DNA of 64,000 bases. It comes from an uncultured Alphaproteobacteria bacterium. GTDB taxonomy: Bacteria; Pseudomonadota; Alphaproteobacteria; Micavibrionales; CSBR16-224. Every line of letters begins with the position of its first letter. The stretch's first letter is position 1. Below, piece after piece: positions 47,693 through 57,272 of the stretch. The notes under the pieces are model-generated. The model was not told the origin of the DNA. It saw only the letters and a list, made by a program, of their open reading frames with translations, and made no database searches. The stretch covers positions 716,121 through 780,120 of the forward strand of contig CATLPD010000001.1 of NCBI GenBank assembly GCA_950054485.1, written 5' to 3'. A program made the translations under genes and the position numbers.

Positions 47693-47714
47693 CAGCCCCC
47701 GAAATTGGGGGCTG
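47693..47714. terminator. Terminator hairpin between convergent genes
   Basis: CAGCCCCC-GAAATT-GGGGGCTG preceded by an A-run. Confidence 0.7.
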
Positions 47715-47735
47715 AATTTTCAGTGCTATATTCTG

Positions 47736-49811
47736 TTATTCAATTTTATCGGCGGATTTTGCCAAACGCACCAGATTGATGAATTCGGCGCGGTATCCGA
47801 AATTATCTTCGCCTTTTGCCGATTGGGCCAGTTCGATGACATCATCATAGCTGAAATCACCTGTAAATGTTCCGCCGCGTAATATCTGGCCGAAACCTGC
47901 CACAGCACTGGCAAAGCGGATATCATCCGATAGTTTAATATCAGCATCGGCAAAGGTGATCGGACGCGTGATCAGATCGCTTTTATCGGCAAAGCCGGCA
48001 AGCCCATCATCCGGCTTTTTATAGCGGATTTTCAATAGGGCATATTCATCACCCATATCTGAACTCGGTTGGGCTTCTTCGGACTGATAGCGCAAATCAT
48101 CGATCATACGTTTGTCGCTGTTTTTTGGTGTGATCTCATATATTGCGGTCACGGCATGACCTGCGCCGATTTCACCCGCATCCACCTTGTCGTTATTAAA
48201 GTCTTCACGGTTTAAATGGCGTGTTTCATAGCCGATCAAACGATATTCACCAACAATTGCAGGGTTGAATTCGACCTGAATTTTGACGTCTTTCGCAATG
48301 GTAAACAGGGTTGCGCCTGCCTGATCAACCAGCACCTTGCGCGCTTCGTTCAGGTTATCGATATAGGCCGCCTGACCATTCCCGTTTTGCGCAAGCGTCT
48401 GCATCAGATTGTCATGGTAGTTCCCCTGACCAAAGCCCAGAACCGACAGGGATATTCCCGTATCGCGCATGCGCTCGACATAGTCCTGCAATTCCTGATG
48501 GTTCGTGATGCCGACGTTAAAATCGCCATCTGTTGCCAATATAACGCGATTGACGCCATCTTTATCAAGGTTTTGTTGCGCTAGATTATAGGCTTGTTTT
48601 ATACCTGCCGCGCCTGCGGTTGACCCGCCTGCGCGCAAGTTTTCCAGTGCTGACAAAATCTTTTGTTTATCGGATGCTTTCGTCGGCTCCAGAACTGTGC
48701 CAGCAGACCCTGCATAAGTGACAATCGCAACCGTGTCATTTTCATCCAGCGAGCTGAGCAGGAGTTTAAAAGAATTAATCAACAACGGCAGTTTATCGGC
48801 ACTGTTCATTGACCCTGATGTATCCAGCAGGAAAACAAGGTTGCTACGCGGTTTGCTGTCGGCGGGCAATTGATAGCCTTTAATGCCGATATGCATCAGT
48901 TTTTTACCCTCTGCCCATGGGCTGTCATAAACGGCAACCGTAGGTTTGAAAGGCGCATCTTGCGTTTCAGGCACGGGGTAATCGTAATTGAAATAATTGA
49001 TCAGCTCCTCGATGCGCACAGAATCTTTTTGCGGCAGAACACCGTTATTCAACTGACGACGCATAAAGCTGTAACTGGCCGTATCGACATCAATCGAGAA
49101 TGTGGATACGGGCTCCTCCGATACCAGCTTGACACTGTTATCTTTGAAATCGGTGAATTCATCTTGCCCGACATCTTGGTAAGACGGCTGGATGATATCA
49201 GGCGCGGGCATTGGCGTCGGGGCAATAAAGCCCATTTGTACGGATTCAGTTGCCATCGCGCGGTTGGCCTGCGTAGCAGCGGGCGGTGCGGATACGGCAT
49301 CTGCGGCCATATCGGCTTCAGCCTCTGCAATTTCTTGTCGCGCTTTTTTGGCTTGGCCAATTGGTGTCGGCAGAGTGGAACTTCCATTTTGAATAGCTTC
49401 TTCTACCCTTTGATTATCAGCGGCAATAATCGCATCGCGAAATTCCGGTGAAACTTCACCTTCGCCGGGGATGGATGTAACCTTTGCCCCTTGCCCGACA
49501 GGCGAAACGTTCAGCGATTGGCTGTCCATCGCATTATAGGTAAATAGCGGCACCCCGATCACGGCCAAAACGGCGCATGCGGCAACGGCACCAGATAATC
49601 CTGAAAGTCTATATTTATTTTTCATCATTGATCTCCATAAGTTGTTGGTTATACCTATAGGACGATCAGTCTTTCCATATCCTTGGAAATTTTTTTGATT
49701 TTTTTTCTCGAATGCCTCAATCGCCAGACGGGTTGCGTCTTTGCGGGCATTCTCATCAGGTGCGGGGGCATCGATATCATGCAGTAATTCTTTTAATTTC
49801 TTTTCATCCAT
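47736..49811 (-). CDS. YfbK-like vWA domain protein with N-terminal anti-sigma-like/TM region
   Basis: STFSIDVDTASY, DTSGSM MIDAS, ATDGDFNVG, IAKDVKIQVEFNP; overlaps sigma gene end. Confidence 0.9.
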   Translation of the reverse strand: MDEKKLKELLHDIDAPAPDENARKDATRLAIEAFEKKNQKNFQGYGKTDRPIGITNNLWRSMMKNKYRLSGLSGAVAACAVLAVIGVPLFTYNAMDSQSLNVSPVGQGAKVTSIPGEGEVSPEFRDAIIAADNQRVEEAIQNGSSTLPTPIGQAKKARQEIAEAEADMAADAVSAPPAATQANRAMATESVQMGFIAPTPMPAPDIIQPSYQDVGQDEFTDFKDNSVKLVSEEPVSTFSIDVDTASYSFMRRQLNNGVLPQKDSVRIEELINYFNYDYPVPETQDAPFKPTVAVYDSPWAEGKKLMHIGIKGYQLPADSKPRSNLVFLLDTSGSMNSADKLPLLINSFKLLLSSLDENDTVAIVTYAGSAGTVLEPTKASDKQKILSALENLRAGGSTAGAAGIKQAYNLAQQNLDKDGVNRVILATDGDFNVGITNHQELQDYVERMRDTGISLSVLGFGQGNYHDNLMQTLAQNGNGQAAYIDNLNEARKVLVDQAGATLFTIAKDVKIQVEFNPAIVGEYRLIGYETRHLNREDFNNDKVDAGEIGAGHAVTAIYEITPKNSDKRMIDDLRYQSEEAQPSSDMGDEYALLKIRYKKPDDGLAGFADKSDLITRPITFADADIKLSDDIRFASAVAGFGQILRGGTFTGDFSYDDVIELAQSAKGEDNFGYRAEFINLVRLAKSADKIE

Positions 49812-50352
49812 GATGCTGCTCCTTTCCGTTTTCGTTAAAATATTTGCGAACCTCGTGCAGACGCCAGCTGACGGTTGCTTCACTGACGCCGAGTATTTCT
49901 GCGGCCTCTTTATGGGTCAGCCCCTCCCAACAGACCAGAATAACGGCATCACGCAGTTTTTCGGGCAGGGTGTCGATAACCTCCAGCGCCTGACGTGTCT
50001 GCATCTGTTTTTCCTGATTATCAGGCGCGGCGACCATCAGTGCATCTTCAAACAATAGGCCCTCGCGGCTGTTCTGGCGGTTTTTCTTTTTCAAATAGTC
50101 TTTGGCCGTATTGATAACCAGGCGATACAGCCATGTCGTAAAGGCCGAATCAAACCGAAAGCTATCAATATTCCCTGCCAGTTTGATACAGGCATCTTGT
50201 GCGATATCTTCAGCGTCCGATTTCACGCCCACATATTTATAGGCCATTTTATATATGGTTATATAATGGCGTTCGACCAGCTGAGAAAATGCGTATGCAT
50301 TGCCGCCGGCGGCTTCGCGTATCAACTGTTCATCTGTCATCTCATCATTCAT
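49804..50352 (-). CDS. ECF RNA polymerase sigma factor
   Basis: DAEDIAQD, FTTWLYR..IN, LP...R, EAAEILGVSEATV.WRL. Confidence 0.92.
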   Translation of the reverse strand: MNDEMTDEQLIREAAGGNAYAFSQLVERHYITIYKMAYKYVGVKSDAEDIAQDACIKLAGNIDSFRFDSAFTTWLYRLVINTAKDYLKKKNRQNSREGLLFEDALMVAAPDNQEKQMQTRQALEVIDTLPEKLRDAVILVCWEGLTHKEAAEILGVSEATVSWRLHEVRKYFNENGKEQHHG

Positions 50353-50473
50353 AACAGGCCTATTTTCAGATAAGACGATCAAAACAGCAAGAACCTTTGA
50401 AAATTTATTCAGGTTTACATTTCGGCTTGTTCTGGTTAATATGCAAAACAATTCAAATATAACGAGGTTTAAA

Positions 50474-50917
50474 ATGTCGCAAAAACTTGGTACACGTGTT
50501 GTTGTTCAGCTTAAAGATGAATTCGCCAAGGCTGTTAATAAAAACGGCCTGCAATATGCAAAAAATAAAGAACTGGATGCTTTAAAAGCGGTTCTGGAGG
50601 GTGAAAAAGCAACTTTGACCAATGTAATGCGTGATTTCGAATATTACGTGCAGTCATCTGATGCCCATGGCGCAGCCGAAAGCCCGATGATCAATTGGAG
50701 CCGTGATGCAACAACCAGCGAGCGTGCAAAAAGCTATTACGGATCTAAATTTGTTGTCACATGGGGGGCAGGTACCAAGGTTGTTTCTGAAGACGTCGCC
50801 GAGCGCATCAAAGATAAAATCGCAGAATTGGAAGGCCAAGGCGCTGTTGAAAAAGTTCGCGTTGATTCTATGGACCCTGCCAAGAACCCGCCGATTCCGC
50901 CAAAGTATTTCAAATAA
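50474..50917 (+). CDS. Hypothetical protein
   Basis: ATG 50474 after SD GAGG; backbone-like codon usage. Confidence 0.75.
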   Translation: MSQKLGTRVVVQLKDEFAKAVNKNGLQYAKNKELDALKAVLEGEKATLTNVMRDFEYYVQSSDAHGAAESPMINWSRDATTSERAKSYYGSKFVVTWGAGTKVVSEDVAERIKDKIAELEGQGAVEKVRVDSMDPAKNPPIPPKYFK

Positions 50918-50924
50918 ATACATA

Positions 50925-51683
50925 TCAGCGTATAAGAACGGTATAGTAGAAAACAGCATTTGTGCAGCTTCCTGACCCGAATGCTGCGTATTGGCATGTG
51001 CAACCGGCTGGTTTACCAATAAGGGCCCCACCTGCCTGATCGCCGATGGCATGCGGCCAAGGTTGTATCGTGCTGTCAACATAATCGCCCTGAAAGTACG
51101 TATTCGGTCCTGGCTGCGTTGATGTAAAAGGATCAAACGGAACATCGCCCGAAGGGTTATCGTTATCCAGCCCCTCGTTTATTGCAAGACATACATCCTT
51201 ATTCACAAATTCAACCTGTAAGACAAGGTCGTTTTTATTGTCATCCCCTATGCCTTGCAAGGTTGCCGGCCAGAAATTAAAGTGGCTCTGGGCCGGAGGT
51301 AAGCTTATGTATGTATATTCCTGATCTTCATATACTAAATGAGGCACATTTCCGCCATTTTGGTGAAAAACATGACAGCTTAAGTCACTGGGGGAGGTCG
51401 GATTATTATTTATATCATCTGTATCAATATATGATCCATCATCGTCGAAATCATGGTTGAAAGATATATCGGTCTCTGAACAGCCATTTACAAGCCGAAG
51501 GCGCGTTACTGCATTTTCAATTTGTGTTGCATATTGCAGTAATTGCGAGGCAAGCAATGTCGCTTTTTCTTTGTCGATATTGCCACCACCGCGGCTGCTG
51601 GCTGTAATGGCATATGAAAGTGCTGCGAACAAAGCCACAGCAATCAAAATCAAAAACAATGCATTTCCGGAAGCATTCTTCAT
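50925..51683 (-). CDS. Type IV pilin-like protein
   Basis: Short leader, G|NALFLILIAVALFAALSYAI hydrophobic helix, C-terminal cysteines. Confidence 0.75.
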   Translation of the reverse strand: MKNASGNALFLILIAVALFAALSYAITASSRGGGNIDKEKATLLASQLLQYATQIENAVTRLRLVNGCSETDISFNHDFDDDGSYIDTDDINNNPTSPSDLSCHVFHQNGGNVPHLVYEDQEYTYISLPPAQSHFNFWPATLQGIGDDNKNDLVLQVEFVNKDVCLAINEGLDNDNPSGDVPFDPFTSTQPGPNTYFQGDYVDSTIQPWPHAIGDQAGGALIGKPAGCTCQYAAFGSGSCTNAVFYYTVLIR

Positions 51684-51822
51684 TCTTTAAATATAAAACA
51701 AAAATATGGCAAAAATAAGGCATTTTCTTGGAATGATCTTTCAGCTTTCCAATTTAGTGGAAATCCGTATGTATAATGGCTATTCTGAAACTGATTGTGT
51801 ATGACTAAAAAAGTTTTGATAA

Positions 51823-53037
51823 ATGCTTCGTGAAAATATCCTGGAAAGAATTTATTTTATGTGTTGGGTGGTTATTATCCTCTCAATTCCAATTCTAGGA
51901 AACGTTTCAATAACGACGCTCAGCTTTGCCGTTTTTATATTGGGTCTGATCAGCTGGTTGTATGCCCTTTTAAAAGGCGGCAAAAATATCTGGCAGGTAA
52001 TTATAAACAGCCCTTATTTTTATATTGTCTTATTAATCATTGCTGTTTTGTTTTTATCATCTTTTGCCAGTGTGGATCCGGGTTATGTTATAAAACGTGC
52101 AGCTAAAGTATCCGCCATACTGGTGTTCGCAAGCGGATTTTTTGTTGTTATGCCTTATGTGCGGCCAATAGTAAGCCAAACTACCGTTCGTTTTTTGCCT
52201 TGGGTGTTGGGGGCCACGGCTCTGGTTATGTTGGTGGAATATTTCTTTCAATATCCTTTATATAGTTTCGTCCGTGGCGAGCCATCAGTCTTAACAAAAT
52301 TGCATGAACTGAATCCATCCGCTGTCTTGCAAACGCTTTTGATTTGGCCGATTTTGTTGATATTTTACCATCACGAAATAGATAGAAAAGCCCTGAGTAT
52401 TGGCTTTTTTATATTAATTTTGGCGGCTCAGTTAATATTATTTTCAAGTCAGGCAGCGCTTTTGGGTCTGGTAGTCGGAGGGTTCGCTTTTCTTTTAACT
52501 GTCTATGCGCCTAACAGTTTTCCTAAGGCAACATTTATATTGATCGGCATTGCGGCTCTTTTATCGCCCGTTCTTGCAGAAATATTATATCAGTGGAAAC
52601 CGCCATTTTTTGAATATCTCAGGTCATCTGCTGCAGCGCCGCAGCGTATTGACATCTGGCATGCGTGCGTCATGCTCATCAAAGAAAGCCCTGTATTCGG
52701 ATATGGGTTGGATGCAACGCGTGTTCATGCCGATAATATTCTCGTCTATACACAAGATTACAAATGGAAAGAAGTGCTGCACCCGCATAACTTTGCCCTG
52801 CAGTTGTGGTTGGATACTGGTGTTTTTGGTGTGTTGTTGTTCTTATCGTTTTTGAAAATTCTTTATAATAAACTCATGAACTTAAATCTGGACGCCAGAC
52901 CTTATGCAATGGGGATTTTATTATCTGTCATCAGCGTTGCATCTGTCGGTTACAGTATTTGGAATGGTTGGTTTTTATCGACTATAATTGTGTCGTCAGT
53001 TTTTGTGATGCTCATTATCGGGCATGCTCGAAAATAA
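51823..53037 (+). CDS. O-antigen ligase / O-oligosaccharyltransferase family
   Basis: Many TMs; RIDIW, P.FGYG, HPHNFALQLWLDTGVFG (Wzy_C). Confidence 0.88.
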   Translation: MLRENILERIYFMCWVVIILSIPILGNVSITTLSFAVFILGLISWLYALLKGGKNIWQVIINSPYFYIVLLIIAVLFLSSFASVDPGYVIKRAAKVSAILVFASGFFVVMPYVRPIVSQTTVRFLPWVLGATALVMLVEYFFQYPLYSFVRGEPSVLTKLHELNPSAVLQTLLIWPILLIFYHHEIDRKALSIGFFILILAAQLILFSSQAALLGLVVGGFAFLLTVYAPNSFPKATFILIGIAALLSPVLAEILYQWKPPFFEYLRSSAAAPQRIDIWHACVMLIKESPVFGYGLDATRVHADNILVYTQDYKWKEVLHPHNFALQLWLDTGVFGVLLFLSFLKILYNKLMNLNLDARPYAMGILLSVISVASVGYSIWNGWFLSTIIVSSVFVMLIIGHARK

Positions 53038-53246
53038 CCGGAGCGGGTTAATCGAGCCTCCAGCCATTCGTGGTATGTCGTAAGCCACTTGAGCGGGCTG
53101 GAAGTCTAGTGGGTTTTCGTTCAATCGGAGATTTGTATACCCTCTTTATTTGAGTTTGATACTTCTTGTAATTTAAAAGTATTAATCATAGAAAACTATA
53201 TCTTCGTTATATTATAATCGTAAAACCATAAGAGGATGGAGCTTTA

Positions 53247-54473
53247 ATGAAGGTATGGTTTGTTCATCAATTTGCGTTGCCGCCTAAATGTGCCGGAGTA
53301 ACTCGGCATTTTTCCCTTGCGCGAGAGTTAGTGAAATTGGGTCACGAAGTTACGATTATAGCGGCTAATCAGCATCATCGTAAAACGGATGCCGAACATA
53401 TACCAGAAGGAGAAGATTGGAAGCTTGAGAATTACGACGGCGTTAATTTTATTTGGTTAAAAAACCCTAACTCAAGACCTTCTTATTTTAAACGTATTGT
53501 CAACATGTTTTCATTTGGTTGGAAAGTGGCTCGATTTAATAGCGATATTCCAAAACCTGATATAATTATCGGATGCTCACCAGACCCGGTGACAGCATAC
53601 AGTGCCTACGGGCTCTCCAAAAGATTGGGTTGTAGATACACGGCACATATTGGTGATTTCTGGCCAATGGTTTTAACGGATATGTCTGGAATATCAAAAC
53701 ATCATCCTTTTATAGTTTTTTTAGGTTGGCTGGAAAAGAAGATATATAAAAAAGCTGAACTTATCATATGTCCTTTGCCGGCGGGTTGGAAAAGGCTGCG
53801 GGAGTGTGGGGTTAATTCGGATAAATTTTTGTATTTACCAAATGGGGTAGATTTAGAGAATATTCCACCTTTGCGGCCTCCTGAAAAACGGGGTCAGTTC
53901 ACATTTATGTTCGCAGGGTCTCATGTTGTTTCGTGTTGTCTAGATAATATTTTGGATGCGATAAAATTAATTCAGAGGAAATATCCTGAATTAAATGCGC
54001 AGTACCGTTTTATAGGTGAGGGCGGTGAAAAGCCAAGGCTGATAGAAAAATCTAAAGATATGAGATTACAAAATGTTTATTTTGAAAATGCGGTACCAAA
54101 AGAGCAGATTCTTAATAAGTTGATGGAAGCAGATGCTTTTATGAATGCAGTCTCGGCTAAAAAATCTTATCAATACGGTATTTCCATGAATAAATTATTT
54201 GACTATATGGCGGCAGGGCGCCCCACAGTCATAGCTGTAACTTCTTATAACAACCCCATCGAGGAAGAAAGATGTGGATTAACGGTACCTGCTGAAAATA
54301 TACCAGCCTTGGCAGAGGCGATGAATGAAATGGCTCATATGTCTGTTGAGCAGAGAATTATTATGGGCGAGCGCGCTTATGAGGCTTTAAAAAGGGAATA
54401 TAATTTTGAAAACCTTGGTAGAATATTAGAAGCCAGCCTTTTAAGCCTATTAAAAAATAAACGCCCTGAATAA
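53247..54473 (+). CDS. Glycosyltransferase family 4 (WbuB-like)
   Basis: TRHFSLA..L...GHEV, DFWP, PNG, NKLFDYMAAGRP. Confidence 0.9.
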   Translation: MKVWFVHQFALPPKCAGVTRHFSLARELVKLGHEVTIIAANQHHRKTDAEHIPEGEDWKLENYDGVNFIWLKNPNSRPSYFKRIVNMFSFGWKVARFNSDIPKPDIIIGCSPDPVTAYSAYGLSKRLGCRYTAHIGDFWPMVLTDMSGISKHHPFIVFLGWLEKKIYKKAELIICPLPAGWKRLRECGVNSDKFLYLPNGVDLENIPPLRPPEKRGQFTFMFAGSHVVSCCLDNILDAIKLIQRKYPELNAQYRFIGEGGEKPRLIEKSKDMRLQNVYFENAVPKEQILNKLMEADAFMNAVSAKKSYQYGISMNKLFDYMAAGRPTVIAVTSYNNPIEEERCGLTVPAENIPALAEAMNEMAHMSVEQRIIMGERAYEALKREYNFENLGRILEASLLSLLKNKRPE

Positions 54474-54512
54474 ATTCAGAGCGTCTAAATTTTTAATACC
54501 GTGTTTATTATT

Positions 54513-55628
54513 TTAAGCCGCTTTATTTAAAGCTTTTGTATGACATTCTTCAATAGCATCAATAACTGCATTGGCATCATCTTCGCTTAAGCCATGATGA
54601 ACTGGGATGGCGATAATTTCCTCACACAATTTTTCAGTCGCTGGCAGACTTTGTTTTCCGTACATTTCTTCAAAAACAGGTTGCTGATGCAAACCGCGTG
54701 GATAATGGACGCCATTATGAATTTCTTTTTCCATCAAAGCCGCGGACAAATCGTCACGGCTTACACCAAACTCTTCTGGTACGATACGTATGCAATACAG
54801 GTGAACTGCATGTGTAGTATCAGCGGTTTGTTTCTGCGGGTATACGCCATTCATTTGACCAAGGCGTTCGTCAAAAATTGCTTTGTTGCGTCTGCGAACA
54901 TCCAGCATTTGATCTAGGCGACCAAGTTGTTTGCGACCAATAGCTGCTTCTACATCTGTCATGCGATAGTTTAGACCCAGCATTTCATGGTAGTATTTTC
55001 CAGTCTGTCCGTGCGAGCGCAAAAATTTTAATTTGTGCGCCAGATCATCATCATTTGTACAAACCATGCCGCCCTCGCCAACGAACATATTTTTTGATGG
55101 ATAAAATGAATAAGACACAGCATTATCAAATTGTCCGATGTCCTTCCCTTTGAATTCACCACCGTGTGCTTGAGCCGCATCCCATAAAATCTTAAGGTTA
55201 TGTTTGCGGGCAAAAGCTGTTAGTTCATCAATGTTGTAGACGTTACCAAACAGGTGAACGGGTGAAATAAATTTTGTCTTATCAGTGATTAAGGTTTCTG
55301 CATGATCCAAATCCATCAAAAATGTTTCAGGATCAATATCACAAAATAAGGGCTTTCCACCAACAACTGCCGGCATGGTGGCGGTTGCAATAAATGTAAA
55401 AGCAGGAACGATGACTTCGTCACCGGGCTCCATTTCGGCCATATAATACATATGTAAGGATGCTGAGCCGTTTGCGCATGTGACAGCGTGTTTTGCGCCG
55501 ACTTTGGCCGCGAATTCTTCTTCAAACGCTTGGCAGTGCTGTCCTTGACGAAGGTTCCCCGATTCGAGAACTTCGGTTGCGGCCTTAATTTCTTCGGGGG
55601 TTAATTTTATCTCTGCCATTCCAATCAT
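54513..55628 (-). CDS. DegT/DnrJ/EryC1/StrS aminotransferase (WbpE-like)
   Basis: FTFIAT, VHLFG, DAAQAHG, SFYPSKN..GEGG, NYRM. Confidence 0.93.
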   Translation of the reverse strand: MIGMAEIKLTPEEIKAATEVLESGNLRQGQHCQAFEEEFAAKVGAKHAVTCANGSASLHMYYMAEMEPGDEVIVPAFTFIATATMPAVVGGKPLFCDIDPETFLMDLDHAETLITDKTKFISPVHLFGNVYNIDELTAFARKHNLKILWDAAQAHGGEFKGKDIGQFDNAVSYSFYPSKNMFVGEGGMVCTNDDDLAHKLKFLRSHGQTGKYYHEMLGLNYRMTDVEAAIGRKQLGRLDQMLDVRRRNKAIFDERLGQMNGVYPQKQTADTTHAVHLYCIRIVPEEFGVSRDDLSAALMEKEIHNGVHYPRGLHQQPVFEEMYGKQSLPATEKLCEEIIAIPVHHGLSEDDANAVIDAIEECHTKALNKAA

Positions 55629-56617
55629 GCTGCTTTCTCCTTTATATTTTGTATAGCCCGCATAACTTTTATTGAATCTTCAACCGAACAGCGAGACGGT
55701 TGCTTGCGGGTTTTGATTGCGTTAATAAATTCGCTCATCTGGTTTCCGAACAGGTCAGCCTGTTCAGTGCTGAGGTCTGTTTTTCCTGCTTTAAAATCAT
55801 TGGCAGGCTCCTGTAAAAATAAGAAGGATGGCATATCTTGCTGGATCGAACCCATGAAAGTTCCGTTATCGCCTTGGATTTCAACATGTTGCGTAAATGC
55901 CGGGGTTACCATGTCCGCTTGCAACAACACATCAGTGCCATCGGCCATTTTGCAGCGCACAAGCACATAGTCCTCGGCATCTACATCGTGTTCAGAACCT
56001 TGTATACTCCGCCTAGGACGGCGCAAGTCATTGATTAAAACTTCAGCATTTTGCACATCGCCAAAATACCAGACGGCGAGGTCAAGCATATGAACCAGCA
56101 TTTCGTTAATTGCGCCACCATCTTTTTCTCTCAGATGTTTCCAAAGCTGGTGCGATCCGCGGCCGCCAATACGAAATTGTGCTGAAGCAATATCGCCTAA
56201 TGCTTTTTCTTCAAAAGCTTTATAAGCAGCTTCAAAGACGGGAGCAAAGCGATAGATATAACCAACCATACCGATACGGCCCGTCTCGTTCATTTTTGAA
56301 AGAATTTGCTCTGCTTCTTCAAGTGTGCGGCAAAGAGGTTTCTCGCAAAAGAAGTCTTTCCCGTTTTCCAAAGCTTTTAATATCAAACGTGTATGTGTAG
56401 ATGTGGGGGTGCAAATATCAATAGCATCAATTGTGGGGTCAACGAGTACATCTTGCGGTTCATTTGACCATTCAACTCCTTGTGCTTCTCCCAGCGCTTT
56501 TGCCGCTTGTTCATTACGATCGGCAACGATAATTTCTATGTTGGGATATGCTTTGCGCAAGCCGTTAATATGTTTTGGTGCTTGCTTGCCGCAACCAATT
56601 ATTGCAATTTTAGTCAT
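55625..56617 (-). CDS. Gfo/Idh/MocA oxidoreductase (WbpB-like)
   Basis: IIGCG, CTPT..H, CEKP, GGA. Confidence 0.9.
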   Translation of the reverse strand: MTKIAIIGCGKQAPKHINGLRKAYPNIEIIVADRNEQAAKALGEAQGVEWSNEPQDVLVDPTIDAIDICTPTSTHTRLILKALENGKDFFCEKPLCRTLEEAEQILSKMNETGRIGMVGYIYRFAPVFEAAYKAFEEKALGDIASAQFRIGGRGSHQLWKHLREKDGGAINEMLVHMLDLAVWYFGDVQNAEVLINDLRRPRRSIQGSEHDVDAEDYVLVRCKMADGTDVLLQADMVTPAFTQHVEIQGDNGTFMGSIQQDMPSFLFLQEPANDFKAGKTDLSTEQADLFGNQMSEFINAIKTRKQPSRCSVEDSIKVMRAIQNIKEKAA

Positions 56618-57249
56618 GCGGCGTCTTCCTCATCCATATATTTCCGCCAAGATAGGGCCATGTTTACCTCGGAAAGCTTATCAGGTAAAGGCTTAATTTC
56701 CCCCGGAACGCCTATTACAAAACTTTTTGGGGGGACATCTTTTGTCACAACAGCCCCAGCTGCAACAAATGAGTTTTGTCCGATTGTCACGCCGGGACAT
56801 ACAGTGACATTTCCTCCCAAAGTAACGCCATCTTCTATAACCGGTCCTTCAGGTTTATATTGATTGCGCAATTTAAGTGGATAGCGATCGTTTAAAATAG
56901 TCACGCCCGGCCCAAAAAAAACACGGTTGCCGATTTTAACATGCGTTGGAATATAGCAGTTTGTTTCAATCTTTACAAAATTTCCAATTGTGACATTACC
57001 ATCAATTACAACATTTGTACCGATCACTACGTGATCGCCAATTACGGTATTTTCACGAATCATGGCATTGTGGCCAGTTTGAATGTAATTGCCCAGAATT
57101 ACATCTCCGTAAATTATGGTGCCAGCACGAATAACACAATTTTCACCCATTTTAACGGGTTGGCAATCGTCTTTGTATTTTAAACCGACTGTTGCGTCGT
57201 CTTGGATTGTGCAGTTTTTACCGGTTAAATAGTTATTGCTCATATTCAT
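56614..57249 (-). CDS. Hexapeptide-repeat N-acetyltransferase (WbpD-like)
   Basis: Left-handed beta-helix repeats, ND.YP, AGAVVTKDVP..G.P. Confidence 0.9.
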   Translation of the reverse strand: MNMSNNYLTGKNCTIQDDATVGLKYKDDCQPVKMGENCVIRAGTIIYGDVILGNYIQTGHNAMIRENTVIGDHVVIGTNVVIDGNVTIGNFVKIETNCYIPTHVKIGNRVFFGPGVTILNDRYPLKLRNQYKPEGPVIEDGVTLGGNVTVCPGVTIGQNSFVAAGAVVTKDVPPKSFVIGVPGEIKPLPDKLSEVNMALSWRKYMDEEDAA

Positions 57250-57272
57250 ATCTCAATTTTTTTAAAGCTATT

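Noticed and set aside
47736-50352. ECF sigma plus vWA (YfbK-like) membrane protein as a novel system
   Set aside because: Known recurrent pairing; nothing unusual seen here
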